The translations under genes were made by a program, and so were the position numbers. The notes under the pieces were generated by a model. It did no database searches. It worked only from the letters and a program-made list of their open reading frames with translations, and had not been told where the DNA came from. This document shows, piece after piece, positions 1-9,782 of a DNA stretch of 48,162 nt. Position 1 is the stretch's first letter; the number at the start of each line of letters is the position of its first letter. Location: positions 1 through 48,162 of IMG/VR virus record IMGVR_UViG_3300037440_000441; one strand, given 5' to 3'. The DNA is from a virus (Duplodnaviria; Caudoviricetes).

Positions 1-20
1 GCTACGCTCGTGTGGTGAAT

Positions 21-503
21 TTAGCACTTTGTCTTGGCGTCGTCACGCCTTTTCCCATACATACGGAACAGCCGCGCGCCGTCTTCCTCGACCGGCCCAT
101 CGAAACCGAGCAGCCGAAACCAGCGCGCGGCGTCGGGGTGGGGCGACAGGGTGTATACGTCGAATCGGCAGCCAGGGCGCCGATCGAACACGGATCGCGC
201 GTATTTACGCCCTTCCCGCACCAGCGCAGCGCCGAGCGTGAAGAACTTGGCGGACGCCAGCAGCAGGGTCGTGCGAACCATCGGATCCTGTCCGTGCGGG
301 AATGTCCCGACTATGACGACCGGCTCGCCGTCAATGAACCCGGTCTCGACCTCGGCGCCCTCTGAATCCAGAAGCGCGCTGCATTCCTTCAAGAAGAGCC
401 AATCCGTGTAGCCTGCGGCCTCGATCTCGTGCCGACTTATGTCACTCAACGTATTCATGATTGCGTATATGTGCGCGACGGTGGTTGGGCGAAGCTTGAA
501 CAT
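21..503 (-). CDS. T7 gp13-like / GNAT-fold virion assembly protein
   Basis: Start MFKLRPTT after a GGAGG RBS. Lies between the tail nozzle and the ejection proteins (across the circular junction). C-terminal 'WFRLLGF' is typical of gp13/GNAT-like proteins. Confidence 0.55.
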   Translation of the reverse strand: MFKLRPTTVAHIYAIMNTLSDISRHEIEAAGYTDWLFLKECSALLDSEGAEVETGFIDGEPVVIVGTFPHGQDPMVRTTLLLASAKFFTLGAALVREGRKYARSVFDRRPGCRFDVYTLSPHPDAARWFRLLGFDGPVEEDGARLFRMYGKRRDDAKTKC

Positions 504-658
504 CACTTCGCCCCCTCCTTGCGGCGAAAACGAGTTCGGAGATATCTGAAGCCCGAAGCGACGCCGGCAAATATGTCTTCCAGCAGCAGCCCGAACGCCA
601 ACGGCCACAGGAGCGGGAACAGCAGGCAGAAGAAGTACGCTTTCTCCCTCTCGCTCAT
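503..658 (-). CDS. small membrane protein (51 aa)
   Basis: MSEREKAYFFCLLFPLLWPLAFGLLL... has a hydrophobic segment. Its stop overlaps the next start (TGATG). Confidence 0.5.
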   Translation of the reverse strand: MSEREKAYFFCLLFPLLWPLAFGLLLEDIFAGVASGFRYLRTRFRRKEGAK

Positions 659-675
659 CGGCTCTCTGCGATGCG

Positions 676-3063
676 TCACTTCGCCTCCTCGCCCTTGTGG
701 TGGATGGCCATGCTGGAGAAACTGGCGTTGCCGGCCGCGCTGCACGTCATCTTGAGCGCAACCATGGGTGTCCTGGCCGGCAGGTGGATGCTCGCCCGGT
801 GGTAGGTCGTCTCGTTGAGCACGCCGATGTCGACAATCTTGGTCTCGTCGTCCGGGTCGACCAGAATCTCGATCGACCAGTCGTTGGTGAGCGCGGCGTC
901 GAAGCTGTAGCCACCTTTGAACGTGGCCGGCATGTCGGCCGCCATGAACGGCAGTTCGACCAGGATGGTCTGCTCGTCTTCGTCCGGGTAGGTCGCGTTG
1001 TCGGCGCCGCCGTAGAGATAGATCACGTCGGCGCCGCGGGCATAGACGCGGCCGCGCACCTTGGCGAAGTCGGACACCGAGAAGCCCGGGTCGTAATAGG
1101 ACCAGGCGGTGATCTTGCTGCCGGGGAAGTAGGACAGTGACAGGATGAGATCGCCAAGCGCCAGCATGTAGCGGCCCTCGGTCGGCTCGAGCACGCCGAC
1201 GGCGCGGGCGACGGTATCCTCTATCAGCGTGTCGATCTCGGCGCGCACGAACGGATCGACCGCGCTGCCGACGTCGGCGACGAAGGCCGAGCCGGAAGCG
1301 TCCCGGGCCCGCAAGCTGCGCACGCCGGTGGTGTCGAGGTAGAAGACATCGTTGTTGCCGTAGGGCACCACGCTGCGCGGCGCGATCGTACCGGTGTTCT
1401 CCAGCGGCTGGATCACGTTGATCTCGGTGGCGTCGGCCGCGAGCTCGTAGATGCGCGTCGTCTGACGGCTGAAAATAGCCGCTTTGCCCTCGTAGCTGGC
1501 CGCGCCGGTCAGCCGCTCGGTGCCCTCCGAATCGTTGGCCATGTTGATGAAGCCGGCGCCGCTCGACGCGCCGGGATCGGACCAGTCGGACGCATCGTTC
1601 AGCTTGCAGTAGAACAGCAGGCTGTTGGCGGTCGACCACACCCGCTTCTTGTAGACGAACAGGCTGGTGCCCATGCCGGCGCCGCGCCCGGTCGCCTTGT
1701 AGTCGGTGCCGTCGATCGTGACGGTGAACACGTCTTGCGGGTCGAACGTGCCGCTCAGGAGCGCGGTGGTGACCTGCGCCACGGCGGCCACCGCAGTCAC
1801 GCCGCTGGCCATGTTGGTATCGGTCTTGGTGACGTCGCCGGCGACCGTGGACGCGACAACGAAGCCGTTGGGCGTCGCACCCGTGCCGACCGCCGCCCGG
1901 ATCGTCACTATGGCCGATGCGGCGGACGCGGTGTACTCATGCGTCGATGTGCCGTTGTTGATCTCGGCGGCGAGCGCGGTGGCGGTGGCGCCGTTCGACG
2001 AAATCCAGTCTATACTGGTGCCGAGAAGCTCGACGGAATTGACCGTGACCGAAGTGATGTTGTTGACGCCGGCGTCAAACGTACCTCCGGTGATCTCAAC
2101 CGATCCGGTCGCGCGCACCTCGGCCACCGCCGCGACGTTCGCCTGCTCCTCGGTGAGCGTGATGTCCTGGTCGTTGGTGTTGCCGCCGGCCATGTCCACC
2201 GCGTTGCCGAGAGTAACGTCGCCGCCGACCGTGCCGCCGACCGCACCGTTCGACGCGGCGCCCGTCGCCGCCGCGGTGATCGTGATCGTGGCGCCGCTGG
2301 CGGTCGCGGTGTAGTTGGGGCTCGACGTGTTGGACGTGATCTGCGCGGCGACAGCGGTCGCGGTGGCCGCGTGACTGGTCGCCCAGTCGACGGCCGCACC
2401 GAGGATATCGGTGCCGCCGACCGTGATCGTGCTGACCTCGTTGGTGCCGGGGTCGCTGGTGCCGGCCGTGATGTCGATCGAGCCGACCGCGTTGACGGCG
2501 GTGTCGGTGGTTGCTTTGGCGGGCGTGAACGCCGTGCCGGCCACCTTGGCGGTGATCGTGATCGTTTCGCCGAAGCTCGACGCCATCACGTCGTCGGACT
2601 GGTCGATCTTGGCCGCCAGGTACTCGGCAAGCGTCGTCAGGTCCGAGTTGAGGTCCGCCAGGGCGTCCCAGTCGGACACCCGGGTGCCGTCGTAGAAGTG
2701 GGCGATGTTGCCATCGGCGTACTCGGCGATGACGTAGAGCTTGCCGTCGAATCCCTTGGCGTCGAGCACCCGCGACATGGCCGCTCCGGACGGGTGCTGC
2801 AGCCGCTGATACTGAATGCCGAGCGGCATGCTGGCCGCCAGGTCGGTGTTGCCGAACACGAAAAGCTGGTTCTTGACCGCCGCCATGCCGTAGGTCAGCG
2901 CCGGCAGGGTGTAGGTGCTGACGAACTTCTTGGCGCGCTCGATGTCGCCGCCGCGGCTGATGTGCGCATTGCGCAGCGTCCACAGCGTACCGGGCACGCC
3001 GACCACGCGCTTGCGCCGCCGGTCGAGACCGTACTTGAAATCGGCTACGTGGAGATAGGGCAC
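676..3063 (-). CDS. tail nozzle / tail tubular protein B-like, with internal Thr/Ala-rich repeated insertion
   Basis: 795 aa. N-terminal 'DFKYGLD...LRNAHISRGG.IE' and C-terminal 'KITAWSYYD' resemble podovirus nozzle proteins. Follows the adaptor gene. Confidence 0.7.
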   Translation of the reverse strand: MPYLHVADFKYGLDRRRKRVVGVPGTLWTLRNAHISRGGDIERAKKFVSTYTLPALTYGMAAVKNQLFVFGNTDLAASMPLGIQYQRLQHPSGAAMSRVLDAKGFDGKLYVIAEYADGNIAHFYDGTRVSDWDALADLNSDLTTLAEYLAAKIDQSDDVMASSFGETITITAKVAGTAFTPAKATTDTAVNAVGSIDITAGTSDPGTNEVSTITVGGTDILGAAVDWATSHAATATAVAAQITSNTSSPNYTATASGATITITAAATGAASNGAVGGTVGGDVTLGNAVDMAGGNTNDQDITLTEEQANVAAVAEVRATGSVEITGGTFDAGVNNITSVTVNSVELLGTSIDWISSNGATATALAAEINNGTSTHEYTASAASAIVTIRAAVGTGATPNGFVVASTVAGDVTKTDTNMASGVTAVAAVAQVTTALLSGTFDPQDVFTVTIDGTDYKATGRGAGMGTSLFVYKKRVWSTANSLLFYCKLNDASDWSDPGASSGAGFINMANDSEGTERLTGAASYEGKAAIFSRQTTRIYELAADATEINVIQPLENTGTIAPRSVVPYGNNDVFYLDTTGVRSLRARDASGSAFVADVGSAVDPFVRAEIDTLIEDTVARAVGVLEPTEGRYMLALGDLILSLSYFPGSKITAWSYYDPGFSVSDFAKVRGRVYARGADVIYLYGGADNATYPDEDEQTILVELPFMAADMPATFKGGYSFDAALTNDWSIEILVDPDDETKIVDIGVLNETTYHRASIHLPARTPMVALKMTCSAAGNASFSSMAIHHKGEEAK

Positions 3064-3759
3064 CTAACTCACCCGGATGACGGCGTGACTCGGGTGCCGG
3101 GGCGGCCTGCCGAGACCGAGGCGCACGGTGCGCCCCTGCCCGCTCGTGCGCCCCTTGAGTGTGGAGTAGAGCCGTTGCGCCTGCTGCAGCTTGGCCTGCG
3201 CGTCCTTGGATTCCTGAGCGAGCGCCAGTTCGGACGCCGAAAACAGCACGATCAGGTTGTCGTCCAGCCGGCAGATGTCGGCGTCGGCCACCAGCCGGTC
3301 ATGCTGTTCGAAGCCCTGGATCTGAAATTCCTGGCTGCTGGTCGACGGCATCGGCCAGAATTCGAGCTGGGTGGCGGATCCGGTGTAGCGGACATCCCAG
3401 CGCAGCACCGGCTCGGCGCGCTCGTCGCTCTCCGGGTCGTAGATGCCGTAGTGCTCGATATCGATGCCGCGCTCGAGGTCGACGGCCAGCCCGTCGCGCC
3501 ACGCGACCATGCGCTCGATGCGCTCGATGTCGCAGCCGGACGGCATGTTGTAGTAGCGCTGGCCGGCGCTCAGGGTGGTGCGGGTGAACACCCGGCGCAG
3601 GTGCGGCCAGTCGAAGTCGTAGTACAGCGTCTCGTAGACGCGATTGATCGTCTGTTCCAGCGAGTCAATGTCGTCGACACCGACCGCCGCCGAGACGTCG
3701 CGCCGAAGGTCCGCGCGGAGCCGCGTCTTCAGGTTGAGGAACGTGACCCCGCGCGCCAT
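3064..3759 (-). CDS. head-tail adaptor / tail tubular protein A-like
   Basis: 231 aa with 'TFLNL...INRVY...DWPHL...GQRYYNMP...FWPMP' adaptor-like motifs. Synteny supports the call. Confidence 0.7.
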   Translation of the reverse strand: MARGVTFLNLKTRLRADLRRDVSAAVGVDDIDSLEQTINRVYETLYYDFDWPHLRRVFTRTTLSAGQRYYNMPSGCDIERIERMVAWRDGLAVDLERGIDIEHYGIYDPESDERAEPVLRWDVRYTGSATQLEFWPMPSTSSQEFQIQGFEQHDRLVADADICRLDDNLIVLFSASELALAQESKDAQAKLQQAQRLYSTLKGRTSGQGRTVRLGLGRPPRHPSHAVIRVS

Positions 3760-3762
3760 CGG

Positions 3763-4164
3763 CTAGTCCAGTACGGTTTCGAGCGTCTTGCTCTCGGCCG
3801 CGACCGCCGCCTGGTCGGCCGCGATCTGCTCCTTGGTACGCCGGACGCGCTTGGGCGCCGCCGCGGCCACGGGCTCGGCCGGCGTGTCGTCCGGACCGAA
3901 TCCGGCGAGATGCACCGGCATGCGGTTCGGCATGTCGGGGGCGCCGTAGACGGCCTCGACCTTCTTCTCGCCGTAGATTGCCGCCAGCCGTGCACGCTCG
4001 ATCGTCTCGGTGACGTGGCGATCGTCGGTGAGCACCAGGTCCATCACCGCGTCGGCGCCGTGCTCGCGACGGAGCAGAACGACTTCGGCGGCCGACAGGC
4101 CGGTCTTGCGGACCTCGTGGAGCACGCTGCCCCCGAGGCGGATTTTCGCTGAGTAGTACTGCAC
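3763..4164 (-). CDS. hypothetical morphogenesis-operon protein
   Basis: 133 aa, AGGA RBS, tightly packed in the operon. Confidence 0.6.
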   Translation of the reverse strand: MQYYSAKIRLGGSVLHEVRKTGLSAAEVVLLRREHGADAVMDLVLTDDRHVTETIERARLAAIYGEKKVEAVYGAPDMPNRMPVHLAGFGPDDTPAEPVAAAAPKRVRRTKEQIAADQAAVAAESKTLETVLD

Positions 4165-4199
4165 GGTTTAACGTCCTTCTTGCAGTTGAGGGAAGTGGT

Positions 4200-4224
4200 G
4201 AGGCGGGCCGACGAAGCCCGCCTC
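4200..4224. terminator. GC-rich hairpin after the capsid/decoration genes (possible terminator or attenuator)
   Basis: GAGGCGGGC-N7-GCCCGCCTC. No clear U-tract on the minus strand. Confidence 0.4.
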
Positions 4225-4243
4225 TCCTTCTTGCGAGCGGCTA

Positions 4244-5506
4244 TCAGCCGCCGTACTGCGCCACGCCCTTGTCGGCGGGGTTGGTCAGTGCGACCAGCAG
4301 CATGTAGCCGTCGTCGCCGTCGCAGGCGTCGAGCGGGTCGTAGGTGCCGCGAACGTCACCGGTGGTGGCGGTCGCCTCGGCATCATCGGCCGCGACAAAC
4401 GTGCCGACGGTCGTGATCTCGATGTACCCAGTCAGGGCGCCGGCAGTGTCGAAGTTCGAGGCCGGCAGGATTTCGAGCTCGTCACCCACCGCCACAACGG
4501 TCGACGCATGACCGAGCGTCGGGGTGTCGGAGTCGAGATCGCCGGCGCCGCCGCCGTCCGCAACCGTGACCGACAGACCGTCGACCGCGGTGTTGTTCAC
4601 CTTCATGGTGACCGCGCCACCGGTCGTGACCGCCTTCCATGCGATCGTGACCAGCTTGGAGATCACCCCGGCAACCGGGGACGGCACGCTGATCGGCGTG
4701 GCCGCCAGCAGGTCGGTCTGGTCGATCTGGAACGGTATCCGGGCGATGCCCGGACGCAGATCGGTCAGGACACCGTCCTTGTACTCGGCGAGCACGTTAC
4801 CGACCTCGCCGACACGGACCGGCAGGCCTAGAACGTCGCCGGTGCCGACCGTCAGCGAGGTGATGTTCGCCGACGTCGAAATGCCGGTGAGCTCTACCAT
4901 TGCCTTCTTGCCGGCGAGCGAGGTGCCGGACCCGGAGCTCTCGACCACCGTCTCGCCGTACACGTCAAGACCGGTAACCGTCACGACGGCGGTGCCGGTC
5001 CAGCTCGCGACCACGTTCCGGGGAACGTCAGCCTTGCCAACCAGGGCCGCCGCGGCGATAGCCCCGGCAGCATTGGTATCGACCGAGAACACGCCGGCCG
5101 CCGTCAGATCCTGCGACTCGCAGTAGCCGTTGGGGTCGGCAACGTCGGGCGAGCCGAGATTGATCAGCGCGACCTGGGCCGGGATCTGGCGAACCCGATC
5201 CCGATTCTCGACCGTGTTGTCGATCCGCTTGTCCTCGGCACCGGGCCGGTCGATTTGCAGACGGCACGCCGACTGCGCCGGCCAAGACACGCCCGACTTG
5301 TTGGTCAGGGTGATGTCGGAAGCGTTGGCGTTGAACGTCAGCGTGAAGTCCGCCGGGGCGTTGTACTGGTTGCCCGCGACGAACAGGACGTGCTTGCCGG
5401 GGGTCCAGTCGTAGTCGCCCTGGCTCCGGCCTTCGGGGTAGCCGACGGTGACGGTGCCGTTGTTGGCTACCGCGCTCGCCAGCGAGAAAGTGGTATTGTC
5501 GAACAT
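4244..5506 (-). CDS. putative head decoration / minor capsid protein
   Basis: 420 aa, Gly/Ala/Thr/Val-rich, immediately downstream of the major capsid gene. C-terminal 'ATATTGDVRGTY.P' motif. Confidence 0.55.
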   Translation of the reverse strand: MFDNTTFSLASAVANNGTVTVGYPEGRSQGDYDWTPGKHVLFVAGNQYNAPADFTLTFNANASDITLTNKSGVSWPAQSACRLQIDRPGAEDKRIDNTVENRDRVRQIPAQVALINLGSPDVADPNGYCESQDLTAAGVFSVDTNAAGAIAAAALVGKADVPRNVVASWTGTAVVTVTGLDVYGETVVESSGSGTSLAGKKAMVELTGISTSANITSLTVGTGDVLGLPVRVGEVGNVLAEYKDGVLTDLRPGIARIPFQIDQTDLLAATPISVPSPVAGVISKLVTIAWKAVTTGGAVTMKVNNTAVDGLSVTVADGGGAGDLDSDTPTLGHASTVVAVGDELEILPASNFDTAGALTGYIEITTVGTFVAADDAEATATTGDVRGTYDPLDACDGDDGYMLLVALTNPADKGVAQYGG

Positions 5507-5539
5507 CTGAGTTCTTCCTTTCCTGAGTTCTTCGGCCGC

Positions 5540-6583
5540 TTACGCGATCGAATACACTCCGTTGGCGTTGCGCTGCTTGCAGATCAGCCCACCGACGTAG
5601 GTCATCGCCCGGTAGAACACGTATTTGTTCTCAGGACGCGCCGGCGAGTGCTTCTTCATGTTCTCGCCCTCGACCACGTAGGGGTGGATGGTCTTGGTGT
5701 CGAGCACGTAGCCGTACTTGGCCAGGCCCTCGTCATCGAGCGTCGGGTCGTATTCGAGCTCGACACCCTTGAAGGCAAGGTCGGCCACGCTGGCGTCGAT
5801 GCGCCCGCCCTTGGCCCAGCCGGAGAGGGTGAAGTCGCCCTTGGACCGCAGTTCCTTCTCGAAGGCGTCGATGAAGTCGGACCCGCACAGGAACAGATTC
5901 GGCCGACCGCCGTAGCGGCGCAGCTGGCGCATTTCCTGCTGCAGCTTGGTGACCAGGTTGAGGTTGCTGGCAGTCGACGTGTCGATCGCGAGCGACGCCC
6001 GGTTGCGCCACCAGTCGTTCGCCACCTGGTCGATGCCGCCGACGATGGACGCCGAGGTCGGATCGTCGAGGACGAAGGACCGGATGCCCGGGATGAGCAG
6101 CGCGTCCTGCGTGCCGTCCCGCCAGTACATCTGGTTCAGACCGCGGTCGGTGCCCTCGGTCATGTCCTCGATCTTGTCATCGAGCAGGTTGGCCAGCATG
6201 GTCTTCTCGCGGTCGCTGTGCCGCGATTCGGACTTGCCGGTCGCCGTGTCGACGATCGAGATGCCGTCCTTGACCATCTCGTCCATCGTGAACTTGATGC
6301 CCGAGTGGATGAACTTGTACGGGTAGAACGCCTTCTTGATGTTGGCGGGGTTGCCGTAGCTGACCTCGTCGTCGCTGGCGAAGCCTTCGATCGTGGTCGA
6401 GTAGATGCCCTTGACGCGGACGTCGAGCATCTCCTTGCCGCCGGGGAAGGTCTTCTCCTTGGCGCGCATGGCGCGCAGGAGCGGCTTGTCCTGAAGGGTC
6501 TGAGACTTGACCTTGCCTCGGTCAAGGTGGAGATCGATCGTCGCGTTGGCGATGTTCTCCAGTTCCTGGGTGGTGAACGGCAT
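5540..6583 (-). CDS. major capsid protein
   Basis: 347 aa, follows the scaffold. 'GGIDQVANDWWRN' and 'FKGVELEYDP' are typical HK97-fold podovirus coat motifs. Confidence 0.85.
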   Translation of the reverse strand: MPFTTQELENIANATIDLHLDRGKVKSQTLQDKPLLRAMRAKEKTFPGGKEMLDVRVKGIYSTTIEGFASDDEVSYGNPANIKKAFYPYKFIHSGIKFTMDEMVKDGISIVDTATGKSESRHSDREKTMLANLLDDKIEDMTEGTDRGLNQMYWRDGTQDALLIPGIRSFVLDDPTSASIVGGIDQVANDWWRNRASLAIDTSTASNLNLVTKLQQEMRQLRRYGGRPNLFLCGSDFIDAFEKELRSKGDFTLSGWAKGGRIDASVADLAFKGVELEYDPTLDDEGLAKYGYVLDTKTIHPYVVEGENMKKHSPARPENKYVFYRAMTYVGGLICKQRNANGVYSIA

Positions 6584-6614
6584 CGGGGTGGCCCTTTTGG
6601 GTCACCCGTCCGGT

Positions 6615-7604
6615 TTAGCCGAGTATCGCGTTGATCACGCCCAGCGTGTCGGTTGGCGTCGGCGTCGGACGGGTCGAAGCGTTCCCGGTCACCATCTGCT
6701 TTGCTTCGCGCTTGGGCTGCAGCCGCTTGATCTCGGCGTTCACGTCCTTGAGAACGCTATCGGCGAGAGCGACCATTGCCTTGCCGTCCGTGGGGTATCC
6801 CGACTGACGGACGCGAAGCTCGACGAGTTGATTGACCCGGTCCTGCTTCAGCTTCCAATCGGGATCGTTGGTCGCCTGCCGCTCGTGCCAGTCGTCCGCC
6901 GCCTTCACAACGTCGCCTATCCGCGCCTGTGCCGCCTGACGCTCTTGCGTCTCACGTGCCCGCTGCTGATCCCGCTCGGTCCGTTCCCTGACGAATTTCG
7001 TCTCGGCTTCGGCCTGAGCGATACGGCGGGCGTCCGCTTCGGAGACATACCCCTGGCGGACCTTCTCCTGCATGTCCTCCGGCACGGTGTAGCCGGCGAT
7101 ACGTGCAAGCTCCTGGACGAGAGGTGCGAGAACCTCGAGGGCCTTTCGCGGCTCGTTCTTCATCAGGGCCATGATCTCGAAACCCTGCTTGACTTCGGCG
7201 GGGGCGAGATCGGAGGCGTCCATGAAGGACGTGATCTGCTCTAGGCTCTGCGCTTGCGGCTTCAGTGCATCGACTTCGGCCTGCAAGGTGTTCTTCACAT
7301 CGACCAGCTGGCGGATGCGACGCTGGGCGTTCGGCGTATACTGGCTCGTTTCCTCTTCGGTGGGGTCACCGTCGAGGTCGTCCTTGGCTTCGTCTTTCGA
7401 CTCGTCCTCGGACTCGTCAGTCGCTTCGATCCCAACATCCGAGGCCGGCGATTCCTCGTCGCCACCCAGCGCCGCTTGCACGACGTCTAGGGTGGTGCGT
7501 GTTTCTACGCCTTCCGCGGCGGACGGCTCCGCGGCATTCACGTCCGGTTCGGTGGCTTCGACTTCCGTCTCGACCACCTGGTCTTCGTTTTCCGTTGGCG
7601 GCAC
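6615..7604 (-). CDS. capsid scaffolding protein
   Basis: Acidic N-terminus and coiled coil ('AQRRIRQLV'), between portal and MCP. GTG start at 7604 is inferred. Confidence 0.7.
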   Translation of the reverse strand: MPPTENEDQVVETEVEATEPDVNAAEPSAAEGVETRTTLDVVQAALGGDEESPASDVGIEATDESEDESKDEAKDDLDGDPTEEETSQYTPNAQRRIRQLVDVKNTLQAEVDALKPQAQSLEQITSFMDASDLAPAEVKQGFEIMALMKNEPRKALEVLAPLVQELARIAGYTVPEDMQEKVRQGYVSEADARRIAQAEAETKFVRERTERDQQRARETQERQAAQARIGDVVKAADDWHERQATNDPDWKLKQDRVNQLVELRVRQSGYPTDGKAMVALADSVLKDVNAEIKRLQPKREAKQMVTGNASTRPTPTPTDTLGVINAILG

Positions 7605-7668
7605 GGATTTTACGCCTTTGTCAAACAACGTTGCCCTACAATCGCATATTAAAGCGACATCCGCAACA

Positions 7669-9780
7669 TCATAATGGCAGCATGCCCTGCTCCGGCGCCG
7701 GGTAGGCCGGCTGCGGCCCTTCCTGCCCCTGGGCGGGGGCCTGCTGGTTGCTCTGACCTTCCGGCCCCTGCTGCGCCGGGTCGGCCGTCGGATCCTGCAT
7801 ATTGGACGGCGGCTGGCCGGCAATGGCGTTGAGCGCCTGAATGCTCGGCATGCCTTCGACGTAGATGCTCTCCAGATCGAGATCGAGCAGGCCGGTGTAT
7901 TTGTCGACCAGGGGGCCGGGGGGCACGCCGGGGAGCTGGATCAGGAACGGCATGCCGCGCTCCATGTTGGCTAGGTCCGCGGCGCGGTTCGGTCGGCCGG
8001 AACTTCCCGCCTTGATCTCGAGATAGAGATCCTTGGCCACGCTCTCGCGCGTCTCCTGCACGTCCGGCCAGACAGCACCCGGCCCGACGATCTCGACCAC
8101 GGTTTCCTTGGCGAGCTCCATCAGCATCAGGTGGCCGCCGGCGCGGGCCAGGTTGGTCAGGACGCCGTCAAGATCGTCGGCATTGTCGGCCAGCCCGCTG
8201 TTTTGGCTGTTCTGCGCGATCGACGCCTCGGTGGCGGTCGAATCCGACGTGGCGCCAAGCGTCGCCTCCTGCGCGCCGACGGTGCGCAACAGGTCGTTGA
8301 AGTGCATCTCGACCTCGTAGAGGTTGGGGTCGATCGGCGCGGTCACTCCGCGCTGCACCAGATCCTCGACCTTCTGGCCTTGGAGCAGCGCCTGAATCTT
8401 GAACACCTCGTGCGCGGCGTGGTTGCCGAGCCGGGTCATATCCGCCTCCTCCATGCCGGCCGCGACAACGTAGTAGGGCTTGGACGCGATGCGGTGCTCG
8501 CGCAGTCCCTCGCGCGACCGGTTATATTCTTGCTGAATGTGGCGCGAAAGCCACACATCGCTCGGCGGGTACAGATCCGTTTCGCTTTCGACCTCGTTGA
8601 AGACCAGCGCGAACACGTTGAAGAACCGCTCCAGATAGACGTCCGGAGCAGCCGGCTCGCGGATGAAATCGCAGTAGCCGTCGATCACAGTGAACACCTG
8701 CTGGTTCACCTTGTCCTGCACCTCCCACACCTTAGCGCAGCCGTCGTCCTTCTTCTCGGTCACCGCGCCCTTGTCGGTGTAGCCCATGAACTCGCCCTTG
8801 ATGTCGACGCCGTAGGTCTCCAGCACCTCGCGCGGGCTCATGTCGAACTCGTGAGCGATCCAGTGCGCGCCGGCGAACGTCTTCAGATGCCGACACTTCT
8901 TGTCGATGATGATCTCCTTGGCCCGCGGGAAGTCGATCACCGGCCCCTCGCGCACCAGCAGCGTCTCCTGGTCCTCGAGGTCGCGCAGGTTGAGCCGCAA
9001 CTGCTCGACCTCGGCGCGGGTCTCGTCCATCTCCTCGGCCGCGATCTCACTCAGGGTCGCCTCGGTCGCCTTGATCTTCGACGTGATGTCCTCGATCGCC
9101 GAGGTGATATCGGGCCGCTTTTCGAGGATGCGCTGGAAGCCGAGCTTGAAGTAGCTGACGCTGCACACCTTGGTGCGCCGCACCGCCGCCTTGATCTGCT
9201 CCTTGTAGCCATACGCCTGCTCGTCCATGTAGTATTTCCACAGGATCTGCATGGTCTTGCCCATCTGGTCGAGCTGACGCATCTCCTGCTGCGCCTGTGC
9301 CACTTCGGCCAGCAGCGCCATCGCGTTGGGGTCGACCATCGGCTGGCCGGTCATCGGGTCGACGTTCTGCATGCCGGCCTGCGCCTGCATCATCGCCATC
9401 TGCAGCGACTCCGGCTTGCCGTCCCAAATCTGGAACATCAGCCGATCCTTGCGGCTGGCGATTGCCGTCGGGTTCTTGGCATAGAGCTGCGACACCGCCT
9501 GGTTGATGTGGCGATTGATGATCGGCACGACGTACTTGCCGGCCTCTACCCACGCCGCTTCGTCGCCGCCCGCCGCCATCTGCATGCACAGGTCCATGCG
9601 CTTGAAGGCCGCCTCGTGGTGCTGCTTGGAATCCTTGATCCGCGCGATCCACTCCTTGACCAGCGCGGCGCGCGCCGGGTCCACGTCGTAGTCGCCCGAC
9701 GCCTTGTCGCCGCGCACCAGCGCGCCGGAGCCCGCATCCTCGGACGTGTTCACCGAATGGCCTTCGACGTCTTCTTCCAT
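7669..9780 (-). CDS. portal protein
   Basis: 703 aa directly downstream of TerL. 'TATEASIAQ' motif and Gln/Pro-rich tail typical of podovirus portals. Confidence 0.85.
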   Translation of the reverse strand: MEEDVEGHSVNTSEDAGSGALVRGDKASGDYDVDPARAALVKEWIARIKDSKQHHEAAFKRMDLCMQMAAGGDEAAWVEAGKYVVPIINRHINQAVSQLYAKNPTAIASRKDRLMFQIWDGKPESLQMAMMQAQAGMQNVDPMTGQPMVDPNAMALLAEVAQAQQEMRQLDQMGKTMQILWKYYMDEQAYGYKEQIKAAVRRTKVCSVSYFKLGFQRILEKRPDITSAIEDITSKIKATEATLSEIAAEEMDETRAEVEQLRLNLRDLEDQETLLVREGPVIDFPRAKEIIIDKKCRHLKTFAGAHWIAHEFDMSPREVLETYGVDIKGEFMGYTDKGAVTEKKDDGCAKVWEVQDKVNQQVFTVIDGYCDFIREPAAPDVYLERFFNVFALVFNEVESETDLYPPSDVWLSRHIQQEYNRSREGLREHRIASKPYYVVAAGMEEADMTRLGNHAAHEVFKIQALLQGQKVEDLVQRGVTAPIDPNLYEVEMHFNDLLRTVGAQEATLGATSDSTATEASIAQNSQNSGLADNADDLDGVLTNLARAGGHLMLMELAKETVVEIVGPGAVWPDVQETRESVAKDLYLEIKAGSSGRPNRAADLANMERGMPFLIQLPGVPPGPLVDKYTGLLDLDLESIYVEGMPSIQALNAIAGQPPSNMQDPTADPAQQGPEGQSNQQAPAQGQEGPQPAYPAPEQGMLPL

Positions 9781-9782
9781 GG

